In this document: positions 1 through 8,904 of the stretch, one piece after another
Position numbering within the stretch: the stretch's first letter is position 1
Layout of the letters: every line of letters starts with the position of its first letter
Source: an uncultured Candidatus Saccharibacteria bacterium
GTDB taxonomy: Bacteria > Patescibacteriota > Minisyncoccia > UBA6257 > UBA11618
NCBI GenBank assembly: GCA_964362125.1
Contig: CAYICS010000001.1
Span: forward strand, 18,052-82,051
DNA: 64,000 nucleotides
Reading direction: 5' to 3'
Notes under the pieces: generated by a model
What the model saw: only the letters and a program-made list of their open reading frames with translations
What the model was told of the DNA's origin: nothing
Database searches by the model: none
Translations under genes and position numbers: made by a program

Positions 1-195
1 TTCCGATTTTCTTTAGTAGGCGGCCTAACGCCGCTATTTTTCAAAGCCGAGCTGACCCGCTCTTTAGCCTCAGAAAGCGCCTTATCAGCTAAGCCAACGA
101 TATTAAAAGCATGAAGACCGACATGCAAGTCGGTCTCCACTTCTACCAGTCTGGCTTCAACTCCTTCCAGCGCCGCGGCATAAACCCGCGAGAAA

Positions 196-534
196 TTAGT
201 GCCCATTTTTACACTGCTTGCAGTACCAGGACTCGGGATCGGCTTCTAAAACATCCATCCCAATCTCGCCCCGACACTTCTCACAGCGGCCGTAACCACC
301 CTGATCAATTTTCCTCAAAGCGTCATTAACAGCGCCCAGGCGCTGTTTTAAAGAGAGGCGGGTGGCGTTATTAACTGTCAATTCCTCGGCCTGATCAGCT
401 TCTTCATCATAAGAACGACCTTCGACATCAGTGCCCATATTAGTCACCATCGGATGATGACCCAATTCTTCTTCAAGATAGGCCTTAGTTTTAAGCAAAG
501 TTGTTTTAAATTTTTCCAGATCCTGAGGCGTCAT
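196..534 (-). CDS. TraR/DksA family C4 zinc-finger protein
   Basis: Coiled coil with DEEADQA, then YGRCEKC...YCKQC C4 finger. Confidence 0.85.
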   Translation of the reverse strand: MTPQDLEKFKTTLLKTKAYLEEELGHHPMVTNMGTDVEGRSYDEEADQAEELTVNNATRLSLKQRLGAVNDALRKIDQGGYGRCEKCRGEIGMDVLEADPESWYCKQCKNGH

Positions 535-573
535 AGAGTTATGTCAATAACTTTAATCAAGTAAACGATTTTG

Positions 574-747
574 TCAATGGTTTGTTACAGTTTTATCGAT
601 AATAATCGACGCTCTTTGCTCCTCACTGGCAAAAATGTAACCTAAAGCAAAAGCCAAAGAGATAATTAAAATTAATAACAAAATTTTATAAAGCCGCGCC
701 TGCTCCAATTTCAGCCATTGCCAGAGTAAGTGGAGGCGCCGCCTCAT
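574..747 (-). CDS. small membrane protein
   Basis: One hydrophobic helix; ATG at 747 overlaps the upstream TGA (ATGA), so the start is shorter than in the ORF track. Confidence 0.55.
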   Translation of the reverse strand: MRRRLHLLWQWLKLEQARLYKILLLILIISLAFALGYIFASEEQRASIIIDKTVTNH

Positions 748-1328
748 CGCCAGGCAAAAGGATTGTCGATGCCGCTGGCGCTGAAGTGAACATGGCAACC
801 GGTTTCGCCCGTAACATTGCCAGTCCGCCCCACCAAAGCAATTGGTTCACCAGCTACCACATACTGCCCCACTGCTGCCAAATTTTTCTGATTGTGGGCG
901 TAACTGGTGCCAATACTATGACCGTGATCGATGGCCACCAGATTGCCATAGCCATGATTCCAGCCGATACTGGCTTCACTAACCAAACCACTGGCGGCGG
1001 CGTAGATAGGATTGCCGCAGCGGCTGGCGATATCAACTGCATTGCCATCGTGCAACTCACCCCAATTGCGGCCAGTAGTGGGAATAGCCAAAGCCACCTC
1101 TTTGGTCACAGGATTAATAAATTCTGCCGGGCCGCTGGTGGCTTCAAGGGCTGCCGGCGTGCTCTCTAAAGAAAGAATGGCCTCTGTCTCTCCCGGCCCG
1201 CCCAACTTAACAGCAGTTGCCGGTTGCTGGAAGTATCCAAAAAATAGTAAATTTAAGAAAGAGGCGGCTAAGACAAAAACAGCCACTAAAACGGCTTTCC
1301 TCGCCAAAAAACCTAATTTTCTGATCAA
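744..1328 (-). CDS. M23 family metallopeptidase
   Basis: HDGNAVD, GYGNLVAIDH, YAH, GRTG and HVHF motifs; N-terminal membrane anchor. Confidence 0.9.
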   Translation of the reverse strand: MIRKLGFLARKAVLVAVFVLAASFLNLLFFGYFQQPATAVKLGGPGETEAILSLESTPAALEATSGPAEFINPVTKEVALAIPTTGRNWGELHDGNAVDIASRCGNPIYAAASGLVSEASIGWNHGYGNLVAIDHGHSIGTSYAHNQKNLAAVGQYVVAGEPIALVGRTGNVTGETGCHVHFSASGIDNPFAWR

Positions 1329-1340
1329 CTTACTAATACC

Positions 1341-3278
1341 TTGAAATCTAGCAAATTAAACCCGAAACAGCAAGAAGCGGTCAGCCACGGCTCTGGGCCG
1401 CTTTTGATTGCCGCCGGCGCCGGCTCAGGCAAGACCCAGACCCTCACCAACCGCCTCCAATACCTGATTAATACCCTCAAAATACCACCGGGAAATATTC
1501 TCGCCATTACTTTCACCAATAAAGCCGCTGATGAGATGAGAAAAAGGGTTCACATTGGTCAATTGTCAAATACTAAAGGTCAAATGTCATTTATAGGGAC
1601 TTTTCATTCTTTTGGAGCGAAAGTTCTCCGGGAAAACTGTCATCATTTCAACCGCACGCCCCGGTTCACCATCTTTGATGAAGACGACTCGCTGACGCTC
1701 TGCCGGCAAGTCTGCCGGAATCTTAATCTGGATAAGGAGAAATATAACCCCATCGATCTGGCGGGGCAGATTACTGAATTTAAAAATGAGTTGATCCGGC
1801 CTGACCCGACCACAGTCGAAGGCAAAGTCTTCTACGATTATGAAGCTAGTTTGGAAGAAAATAACGGCTTTGATTTTGATGACCTGATTGAAAAGCCGAT
1901 TAAACTATTGCGGGAGAAAGCCGGGATTTTAAAAAAATATCAGGAGCAGTATCAATATATTTTGATTGATGAATATCAGGATGTGAACGCGGCCCAGTAT
2001 CAGTTGGTGAAATTGCTGGCGGGAGAGCGAGCCAACCTCAGTGTTGTCGGCGATGATCAGCAGGCCATTTACGGCTGGAGAGGCGCCGACTTCCGCAACT
2101 TTCTTAACTTTGACAAAGACTGGCCAGCGGCCAAGGTGGTCCTGCTGGAAGAAAACTACCGCTCCACTCCCAATATTCTCCGGGCAGCCAACGAAATCAT
2201 AAAAAACAATAAATTTCAGCGACCGAAGCGCCTCTGGACGCAAAAACCAGAAGGGGAGCCGATCGTCCTTTTCGCTGCTCAAGAAGAACACGAAGAGGCC
2301 GATTGGCTAGCCGGAAAAATCCGTCAACTTTGGCAAAACCAAGGCCATGCGCTGGAAGGCATCGCCCTTATTTACCGCACCAATGCTCAATCGCGGGCCC
2401 TGGAACAGGCTCTGATTGCTGAAGAAGTCCCCTATCGTATTTTCGGCGGCATCAGATTTTACGAACGCAAAGAAATTAAAGATATCCTCGCCGGCCTGCG
2501 CCTGGCCCAAAACCCCAAAGACCAATTAAGTATCGAGCGGCTAGTCAAAAATTTCCCTCAAAGCAAAACCAAATTGCTGGTGGAACAATTGCCGCGGCTG
2601 GCTCAGGAACTAACCCTGATCCAGTTAATCAACTACTTTCTCAACCACACCGACTATTTTCAATATCTGGAACGCCGCTTCCGCAACTCTGAAGAACGAG
2701 AAGAAAACGTCAAAGAGTTAATCAATTTTGCCGCCAGCTTTGTCGACCGGGGCTTAACCGCTTTCTTGGAGCAGGTAAGTTTGGCTCAGGCCCAAGATGC
2801 TCCGGCCGGGGAGCGGGGAGTGAACTTGATGACCATTCACCTGGCTAAGGGGCTGGAATTTGATACGGTTTTTATCGCCGGCTGCAACGAAGGCACCCTG
2901 CCTCACCATCGCTCTTATAACACCGAAGAAGAATTGGAAGAAGAGCGGCGGCTGATGTATGTGGCCGTCACCCGGGCCAGCCAGCGGCTCTTTCTCTCTT
3001 TTAATAAAATCCCCTCTCGCTTTCTCTATGAAATCCCGCCGGAGCTGGTTCTCTTCATCAACCAAAATGGCCGGGCGCCGGCTCGCGGCCGCGAAGGCTG
3101 GTCAGCCGGCCGAAGCCCTGGCGAAGGTTGGTCAGCCAGCCGAAGCAGTGACGGGGGCTGGCCTGCCAGCCGAAGCGATGACGGGGGCTGGCCTGCCAGC
3201 CGAAGCGATGACGGGGGCTGGCCTGCCAGCCGAAGCCTTGGCGAAGGCTGGGAGGAAGAACTGTGGATTGATTATTAA
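1341..3278 (+). CDS. uvrD: UvrD/PcrA ATP-dependent DNA helicase
   Basis: AGAGSGKT, TFTNKAA, DEYQD, VGDDQQAIYGWRGA, NYRS, TIHLAKGLEF, EERRLMYVAVTRA. Confidence 0.95.
   Translation: MKSSKLNPKQQEAVSHGSGPLLIAAGAGSGKTQTLTNRLQYLINTLKIPPGNILAITFTNKAADEMRKRVHIGQLSNTKGQMSFIGTFHSFGAKVLRENCHHFNRTPRFTIFDEDDSLTLCRQVCRNLNLDKEKYNPIDLAGQITEFKNELIRPDPTTVEGKVFYDYEASLEENNGFDFDDLIEKPIKLLREKAGILKKYQEQYQYILIDEYQDVNAAQYQLVKLLAGERANLSVVGDDQQAIYGWRGADFRNFLNFDKDWPAAKVVLLEENYRSTPNILRAANEIIKNNKFQRPKRLWTQKPEGEPIVLFAAQEEHEEADWLAGKIRQLWQNQGHALEGIALIYRTNAQSRALEQALIAEEVPYRIFGGIRFYERKEIKDILAGLRLAQNPKDQLSIERLVKNFPQSKTKLLVEQLPRLAQELTLIQLINYFLNHTDYFQYLERRFRNSEEREENVKELINFAASFVDRGLTAFLEQVSLAQAQDAPAGERGVNLMTIHLAKGLEFDTVFIAGCNEGTLPHHRSYNTEEELEEERRLMYVAVTRASQRLFLSFNKIPSRFLYEIPPELVLFINQNGRAPARGREGWSAGRSPGEGWSASRSSDGGWPASRSDDGGWPASRSDDGGWPASRSLGEGWEEELWIDY
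3091..3251 (+). repeat. 30-bp tandem array (~5 units) of hairpin element inside uvrD 3' end
   Basis: Units resemble CCTGCCAGCCGAAGCCTTGGCGAAGGCTGG and encode GWPASRSDDG-like decapeptides. Confidence 0.95.
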
Positions 3279-3293
3279 ATACGCTATAATAAA

Positions 3294-3980
3294 ATGATGC
3301 TCAAAAGAATTCTGATTATTACTCTAATTTTAACAACCACTGTTTTTATCGCCTTTGCTCAACCCGGCAGTCAGATCCAAAAAACGACAATCGAAAAAAA
3401 CATCGAGGAAATACAGTACCTAGGAGATTCTCTAAAAGAAAGAGTTAAATTAGTGGTCGACGGACAAATAACTGAGGCCAGAGAAAGAAAAGAGATGATG
3501 GAGGCCGGACGACCTCAAACTAATATCATTGGTCACGAAAGGGTTTTAGACAACTTCATCAAAAAATTACCCCAACCAAAAACAATCGATCAGCGACTGG
3601 CTTGGTGGAAAAAAGTAAAGGAGAAAATTGATCAATTAACCGAGGATAAATCTTTGGCCAATCACCTCCAAGCCCATGCTAATCGATATCTGCTCAATAA
3701 AGAATTTGATGAGGATGTGGGCCGCTATAACAATCTCCTTCGCGAACTCCAGACAAGGGGTTATCTTAAAGGCCTCTCCCCAATGCTAAAGTCTGATTTA
3801 ATAAAAACTGCTCAAGAGGCAGAAATAGCCCGCCTCCGCGCTGAACAAAGACGGCTGGCCCGACAGCAAGCAATCTCTCCACCAGCTACACCCAATATTT
3901 TCCAAAGATTTTTTAACTTCTTCACCAGACCGCCGGCCTTGCCCGGCGGCGGAGGCGGCCCCCGGCGGATTGGGAGATAA
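3294..3980 (+). CDS. putative secreted coiled-coil protein
   Basis: Signal peptide, E/K/R-rich helices, C-terminal LPGGGGGPRR tail. Confidence 0.75.
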   Translation: MMLKRILIITLILTTTVFIAFAQPGSQIQKTTIEKNIEEIQYLGDSLKERVKLVVDGQITEARERKEMMEAGRPQTNIIGHERVLDNFIKKLPQPKTIDQRLAWWKKVKEKIDQLTEDKSLANHLQAHANRYLLNKEFDEDVGRYNNLLRELQTRGYLKGLSPMLKSDLIKTAQEAEIARLRAEQRRLARQQAISPPATPNIFQRFFNFFTRPPALPGGGGGPRRIGR

Positions 3981-4084
3981 TGCCGCACCGACTTGGTCAA
4001 CATTCCAAAGCTGATTAAATTTGTTAATGAGAAAGGCTTTGATGAAAAACGGGCCTGGAAGACAGAATTTGAAAAAAATGCGGC

Positions 4085-4576
4085 CTAGGAATCTAGACCG
4101 CCTCTCTCTCGAATCTCTGCTATGATCTCAGAACAAGGAGCGAATCCAAGAGAGAGAAAATTCTCTAGACAATCGCCCTCAAAATCTGGCAATCGTCCCT
4201 CTCTATCTAGATCCAGCTTCTGCCGGGCTTCAGAAAAGAATTTCTCCCAAGATTTGAGAAAAAGTTCAGCAATGGCGATTACTTGTTCTTCACCACCACG
4301 ATTGATGATTTCGGGGATTATCCCCTGATCATCTTTCTCAATCTCGGGAATCGGGTCAGTCTCAAACGGCGGCACTCCGCCTAATTTGATAAGCCGACCC
4401 AAGTCAACCCTGTTTTCCTGAGACAGTCCTTCACCTAACGCTATTCTTGGCTTTAGTTCGTTCAAGAAAGAAAGCCAAGAGGCGCACCAGCCGGTCGCGA
4501 GATTAAGCAAAATCTCGTTTCCTTCCCGAAGCACAATGTCAATCTTTCTCTCCCAAACTGTCATGTCAATAGTCAT
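4085..4576 (-). CDS. hypothetical protein (stand-alone cassette)
   Basis: 163 aa; GGGAGG SD; TTGACA(4650-4645)-16-TATAAT(4628-4623) on minus strand. Confidence 0.7.
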   Translation of the reverse strand: MTIDMTVWERKIDIVLREGNEILLNLATGWCASWLSFLNELKPRIALGEGLSQENRVDLGRLIKLGGVPPFETDPIPEIEKDDQGIIPEIINRGGEEQVIAIAELFLKSWEKFFSEARQKLDLDREGRLPDFEGDCLENFLSLGFAPCSEIIAEIRERGGLDS

Positions 4577-4680
4577 AAACGATTCCTCCCTTATTCGAGA
4601 TTGGTTGAGAAGTACTAATTTAATTATAACAGAGAATCTGGCTTTGTCAATTGCAAAACGTGTGGTATGATTAAAATCTA

Positions 4681-5031
4681 ATGAGATGTTATTTCCTCCT
4701 TCTATTGTCTATAACGTTGTTTTTCTTATTATCTATACCACTACCAATTCACTCCCAAGGAAGTAAGCAGACTGAACAACCCGGCCGGCCCCTCAGACCA
4801 AAAGACTCTCTTGACGATATTGAAACAGCCCGGAAGGCACGCCTGCGTCATGAAATTGAATACAAAAAGAAGCTCGCGGAAATTAACGAATTAAAAGATC
4901 GCGAAAAAAATTTAAAGCAAAGTATCGCGGCTCGTATCAGGTATCGTGAGGAATATTTGAAAACGGTGCGCGGTATTTCAGAAAAAGAGAGGGTAAAGCA
5001 AATATCTTTACTTAATAAAGAGATAGGGTAA
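4681..5031 (+). CDS. putative secreted coiled-coil protein, probably truncated
   Basis: Signal peptide plus coiled coil; frame continues with helix-like sequence after TAA 5029-5031. Confidence 0.55.
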   Translation: MRCYFLLLLSITLFFLLSIPLPIHSQGSKQTEQPGRPLRPKDSLDDIETARKARLRHEIEYKKKLAEINELKDREKNLKQSIAARIRYREEYLKTVRGISEKERVKQISLLNKEIG

Positions 5032-5113
5032 TATCAAAAACAGTTTGAGAATCTCACAAGTGATATAGCAGACATTGAAGTTAGGACTGCGCCGCGATTA
5101 AAATCTCTAGAAG

Positions 5114-5142
5114 TTGACAAAAGCTGCCTTTTTTATTATAGT
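5114..5142 (+). promoter_or_regulatory. sigma70 promoter
   Basis: TTGACA-17-TATAGT, then SD AGGAGGTGA at 5168. Confidence 0.7.
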
Positions 5143-5179
5143 TCTGAATAGAACAACCAACAAACTAGGAGGTGATTAG

Positions 5180-5755
5180 ATGACAACCGCTATGATAAAG
5201 TCGCCGGGAGGCTACTACTACGATGCGGCTACCGACGGCAAAGGCGAAACGGGGATTGGTGTTTTGTGGCTGGCGGCATATGCTGATCCGGCTCGCATTA
5301 CCGATCTGCTTATCGAGCTCATTAGCTTGATGACAGAGCCACTGACCGTAACCTTGGAGGCCGAGATCCCTAATCTAAGCCTCAAGGAAAAGTTTACCTG
5401 CCGGAAAACGTCAGGCCAGAAAATCAAAGCCGCCCTAAAGGACCATCGCCAACTTATCGAAGGAGACTTCCATTTCAGTCTTCTTGTAGAAGAAAACAGG
5501 GATGAGGGCCGGGCCGTCTACCTTACCCAAGAAAAGTTCTTCTACATCTGGAGCGACGAAGCCGATTCAAAAAATCCCCTTCCCAGCTATCAGCCTTTTG
5601 AGACGGCGTTTTCCCGAAAAGGATTAGTGCCGAACGAAGTCAATTTTGAACTTTACGATGGCTTCGATGGCCGCCGTCTCCTGCAGAATCAGCCTTGGCT
5701 GTTCTCTGCTGAATTTCACGATCTGGTGCAAAGACTGAAGGCAGAAAAAGTCTGA
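5180..5755 (+). CDS. hypothetical protein, paralog of 30983..31717
   Basis: Strong SD; shares GYY/GFY start, P..I/L..L..E segment and F..LV.RL.AE end with 30983. Confidence 0.8.
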   Translation: MTTAMIKSPGGYYYDAATDGKGETGIGVLWLAAYADPARITDLLIELISLMTEPLTVTLEAEIPNLSLKEKFTCRKTSGQKIKAALKDHRQLIEGDFHFSLLVEENRDEGRAVYLTQEKFFYIWSDEADSKNPLPSYQPFETAFSRKGLVPNEVNFELYDGFDGRRLLQNQPWLFSAEFHDLVQRLKAEKV

Positions 5756-5757
5756 CG

Positions 5758-5796
5758 TCAGTCCATCTCAGAGAAAGGAGGGTGGACTGATTTTTT
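5758..5796 (+). terminator. intrinsic terminator
   Basis: TCAGTCCA...TGGACTGA stem followed by T6. Confidence 0.7.
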
Positions 5797-5816
5797 ATAT
5801 TTGTCATAATTAGCTT

Positions 5817-6800
5817 GTGAGACTAAAAGCGGTCTTTTTGTTGGCTCTAATTTTTATATTCTTACTCTCGAACTCTTTTTTTATAGCGGTAGTGAGAGCT
5901 GATGACTATGTTTTCCCCAAAGAGCTGGATATGTGGTTAGAGAGAAAAATTGTTGAATTAGAAAGGGCCAAGCAGCCCTTGCTAAAAAACTATCGGGAAA
6001 ATAGAAGGAGGATCGAGGCTATTAATCAGACAATTAAAGACCTGCGAGAAGCTAAGGGGGTCACCGAATTTCTGCTCGATCCCAGCGCGGCTGCTGGAAT
6101 GGACTTGAAAAATATAAAAGACCCCCAAGAAAGAAAACGACAATTGGACTTACTTCAAGAACGATTGAATAAAGATCTTGCTCAATCAGATAAACAAGAA
6201 AGGAATCTGCTAAGGAGCGACAAAGCCACGTCTCATCAAATAGAGAATCTTCACCGAAGCCGAGCTCAAGCAGATGGTTTAAGAAAATATTTGGAAAAAT
6301 TTAAGTCGGGATTGGCCAGTCTCGATCCAGATCAATGGAAATTTAATGCCAATACTAATTGGATAATTGAGGGTCTGGATGATGCCTTGGGAAGAATTGG
6401 CTCGGGCCCCGGCGGTTTTGTTGAAGGAGTTCGCCATGGTTTAAGAAACTTGGCTTTTGGTGAAGAGGGTTTTATTGATCTTAAAGTGGTCCAAGCTGAA
6501 TTAAAAAAGTTGACTGATGGTCTGAGGAAAGCCGGAGAATATAATGTTGGCAAACCGATTATTAAGGTAATTCGTGTGGGCGGAAGAGCTCTTCTGGTTG
6601 TCGGAGTTATTGCTGACGCCGGCTTTACCATCCTTGATATCTATACCTTTGAAGGAGATTTCCTTCACAAATTGGCCTACGCCGGCGACCAATTTTTCTA
6701 TATTCCTTTTACCCCGAAGATTGGACTGACTGAGAATTTATTTAAAATCAGCGCCGGGGGCGGGATTTGGATTCACTTAGACAAAAAAAAGAGTGGTTGA
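5817..6800 (+). CDS. putative secreted coiled-coil protein (N-terminal part)
   Basis: Signal peptide, coiled coil, GGRALLVVGVIADAG hydrophobic segment; ends just after an A8 run. Confidence 0.7.
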   Translation: MRLKAVFLLALIFIFLLSNSFFIAVVRADDYVFPKELDMWLERKIVELERAKQPLLKNYRENRRRIEAINQTIKDLREAKGVTEFLLDPSAAAGMDLKNIKDPQERKRQLDLLQERLNKDLAQSDKQERNLLRSDKATSHQIENLHRSRAQADGLRKYLEKFKSGLASLDPDQWKFNANTNWIIEGLDDALGRIGSGPGGFVEGVRHGLRNLAFGEEGFIDLKVVQAELKKLTDGLRKAGEYNVGKPIIKVIRVGGRALLVVGVIADAGFTILDIYTFEGDFLHKLAYAGDQFFYIPFTPKIGLTENLFKISAGGGIWIHLDKKKSG

Positions 6801-7197
6801 GTTATTGAAACAAATCGAAAATTTGGAAAAATGCCTTAAGGCCTATGAAGGCTCGGGCGGCGGCTATTGTGAAACTCCGCCTCTTTTTGGTATTGGCGAA
6901 AAACGAACCAAATTTATTAATACCAAAGAGGAGGCGGCTGAACAAGAAGAATACCTAGACCGCTACTATGAACAATTGCTTAAGGCACTTGACGATTTGA
7001 AAAAACATAATGCTGAAAAAGAAAAGCCGACGTCAGAATCGTCGCGTCAAGAAAAAGAGGACGACCCGCCCTTAAAAGACCAAAACCTGATGCCCCCTAT
7101 TCCAGCTTATCCATCTAAATCACCAGGATTAACAACTTACAATCAAGATCGGCTTGGACGCTGGCTTAACTTCTTTGATCGTCTGTTGTTTAAATGA
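6793..7197 (+). CDS. hypothetical protein (possible frameshifted C-terminal part of 5817..6800)
   Basis: Opens in the +1 frame across A8 at 6783-6790. Confidence 0.6.
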   Translation: MVELLKQIENLEKCLKAYEGSGGGYCETPPLFGIGEKRTKFINTKEEAAEQEEYLDRYYEQLLKALDDLKKHNAEKEKPTSESSRQEKEDDPPLKDQNLMPPIPAYPSKSPGLTTYNQDRLGRWLNFFDRLLFK

Positions 7198-7940
7198 AAC
7201 ATCTCGGTCAGCATTTCCTTAGAAATCACTCTGCTATTAAAAAAATAGCGGCGGCTTTGGAATTAAAAGAAGGTGATGTCGTTGTTGAAATCGGCTCCGG
7301 ACACGGGGAGTTGACCAACGAATTAATAAACCACCCTATCGAAGTCACCGCCATAGAAAGAGATAAAAACTTGGCGAAAACCCTTGAGTCAAATGTCAAA
7401 AGTCAAAGGTTAAAGGTTATTGAAGGCGACATTCTAAAACTCCTCCCGCAACTCACCTACAACCTACAACCTATCACCTACAAGCTTGTCGGCAACATTC
7501 CCTATTACCTCACCGGCTATTTATTGCGCCTAATAGGGGAGCTGGAATACAAGCCGTCGCTCATAGTTTTCACTCTTCAAAAAGAAGTAGCCGAACGGAT
7601 TGCGGCTAAACCGCCCAAGATGAATAAATTAGCCGCCTCGGTTCAATTCTGGGCTGAGCCGGCAATTATTGATTATCTCCAGCCCGCTGATTTTTCCCCG
7701 CCGCCAAAAGTACATTCGGCTATAATCCGTTTACGCCCTAAACCCCATACCCTAAACCCTAAACCCTATTATCAAATGATTAATCTGCTATTCAAACAGC
7801 CAAGAAAAACAATCAAAAACAACCTCCGCGGCACAGGACTGGAAAACCATTTTAAAACACTTAACCTCACCGGCCAAGAAAGACCGCAGGACTTAGATTT
7901 AGAAAAATTAATACAACTATCTCAGTTTATAAAACTCTAA
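7194..7940 (+). CDS. rsmA: 16S rRNA m6,2A dimethyltransferase KsgA
   Basis: LGQHFL, EIGSGHG, VGNIPYY, QKEVAER, FSPPPKV. Confidence 0.95.
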   Translation: MKHLGQHFLRNHSAIKKIAAALELKEGDVVVEIGSGHGELTNELINHPIEVTAIERDKNLAKTLESNVKSQRLKVIEGDILKLLPQLTYNLQPITYKLVGNIPYYLTGYLLRLIGELEYKPSLIVFTLQKEVAERIAAKPPKMNKLAASVQFWAEPAIIDYLQPADFSPPPKVHSAIIRLRPKPHTLNPKPYYQMINLLFKQPRKTIKNNLRGTGLENHFKTLNLTGQERPQDLDLEKLIQLSQFIKL

Positions 7941-8104
7941 ACTCTAAATAAAAGATTTAGGGTATAGGGTTTAGGGTTTAGGGTATAGGGTATTTATAAA
8001 GCTCTAAACTCCAAGCCCTAAGCTCTAAACAAACTCAAAACTCAAAAACGTTTTTGGATTTTGGATTTTGGTTTTTGGAATTTGTTTAGGATTTAGAGCT
8101 TTAG
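7932..8104. repeat. composite heptamer array (TTTAGGG / CTCTAAA types) with internal inverted repeat
   Basis: TTTAGGGTATAGGGTTTAGGG..., GCTCTAA units, CTAAACAAA...TTTGTTTAG. Confidence 0.9.
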
Positions 8105-8160
8105 TTTATTTAAGGTTATCCACTAACTACTCACTGCTTCTTAACTTATAATTAAGAGTA

Positions 8161-8904
8161 ATGGGGCTAACAACAAGATTTGGCCTGGTATTTGGTATTG
8201 CCCTAGGACTTTTTGTTGTCTTAGTAATTTTTGGCAACCTCATTGGCCCGCCCACCCGACCCAATTTAGATCGGGTAGCCGGCGCCCCCGGCCTCCAGAC
8301 TGTGTATAACTTCCAGCAGATTGTTGCTCCCAGCCGTTACTTTAATCCTGTTACCAATCAAAACCTGACTAAAAGCTTGGCGGCTGTTATTGGCCGCAAT
8401 ATCGTAGAATTAAACCCGAAGGGGCCGCGGGCCTTCGATAGTCAGGGACAATTTTTAGGGGTGGCGGAAGCTGATGACGTGGCTGAAGCGGCACTGGCTG
8501 AAGCGCTCAAAAATTTTGACCAAAGTTCCTTCCGGCCGGCCATTGACCGGGAGCAAATAAAAATCAGTGATCAGCAGACAAAAGACAGCTACAAAAAATC
8601 CTTAGCCGCCATTCTTGAAAATCACTTCCTCAACTCTCCTTTGCCTTGGCGCAATACTTCTCCGGAAACGGCTGTACAAATCATCGGCACCTATAACGTT
8701 CTCCTCAACCAACTTTATAAATTACCAGCGCCGCCGGAACTGGTTGATTATCATCGGGAATTACTAAGTGTTTTCACTGGCCAGAAATTGGTGCTGGAAG
8801 CTTTTAAAAATTCCGAAGCTGATCCGCTGCGGGCAATTTTGGCAGCTGAAATGGTGAAAAATCTTAATCAGGAACTAAAGAGTCTGCTAAAAAACCGACT
8901 ATGA
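8161..8904 (+). CDS. membrane-anchored hypothetical protein, T4SS-like cluster
   Basis: N-terminal TM; first gene of overlapping operon. Confidence 0.75.
   Translation: MGLTTRFGLVFGIALGLFVVLVIFGNLIGPPTRPNLDRVAGAPGLQTVYNFQQIVAPSRYFNPVTNQNLTKSLAAVIGRNIVELNPKGPRAFDSQGQFLGVAEADDVAEAALAEALKNFDQSSFRPAIDREQIKISDQQTKDSYKKSLAAILENHFLNSPLPWRNTSPETAVQIIGTYNVLLNQLYKLPAPPELVDYHRELLSVFTGQKLVLEAFKNSEADPLRAILAAEMVKNLNQELKSLLKNRL

Noticed and set aside
3091-3251. CRISPR array
   Set aside because: The 30-bp units abut without unique spacers, lie in frame in uvrD, and there are no cas genes in the window.
2959-3297. ORF with PAEA repeats
   Set aside because: Alternative frame of the 30-bp element inside uvrD.
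3981-4088. In-frame continuation after the 3980 stop (CRTDLVNIPKLIKFVNEKGFDEK...)
   Set aside because: Could be a gene remnant, but it is too short to assign, and the upstream protein has a natural-looking tail shared with 46423.
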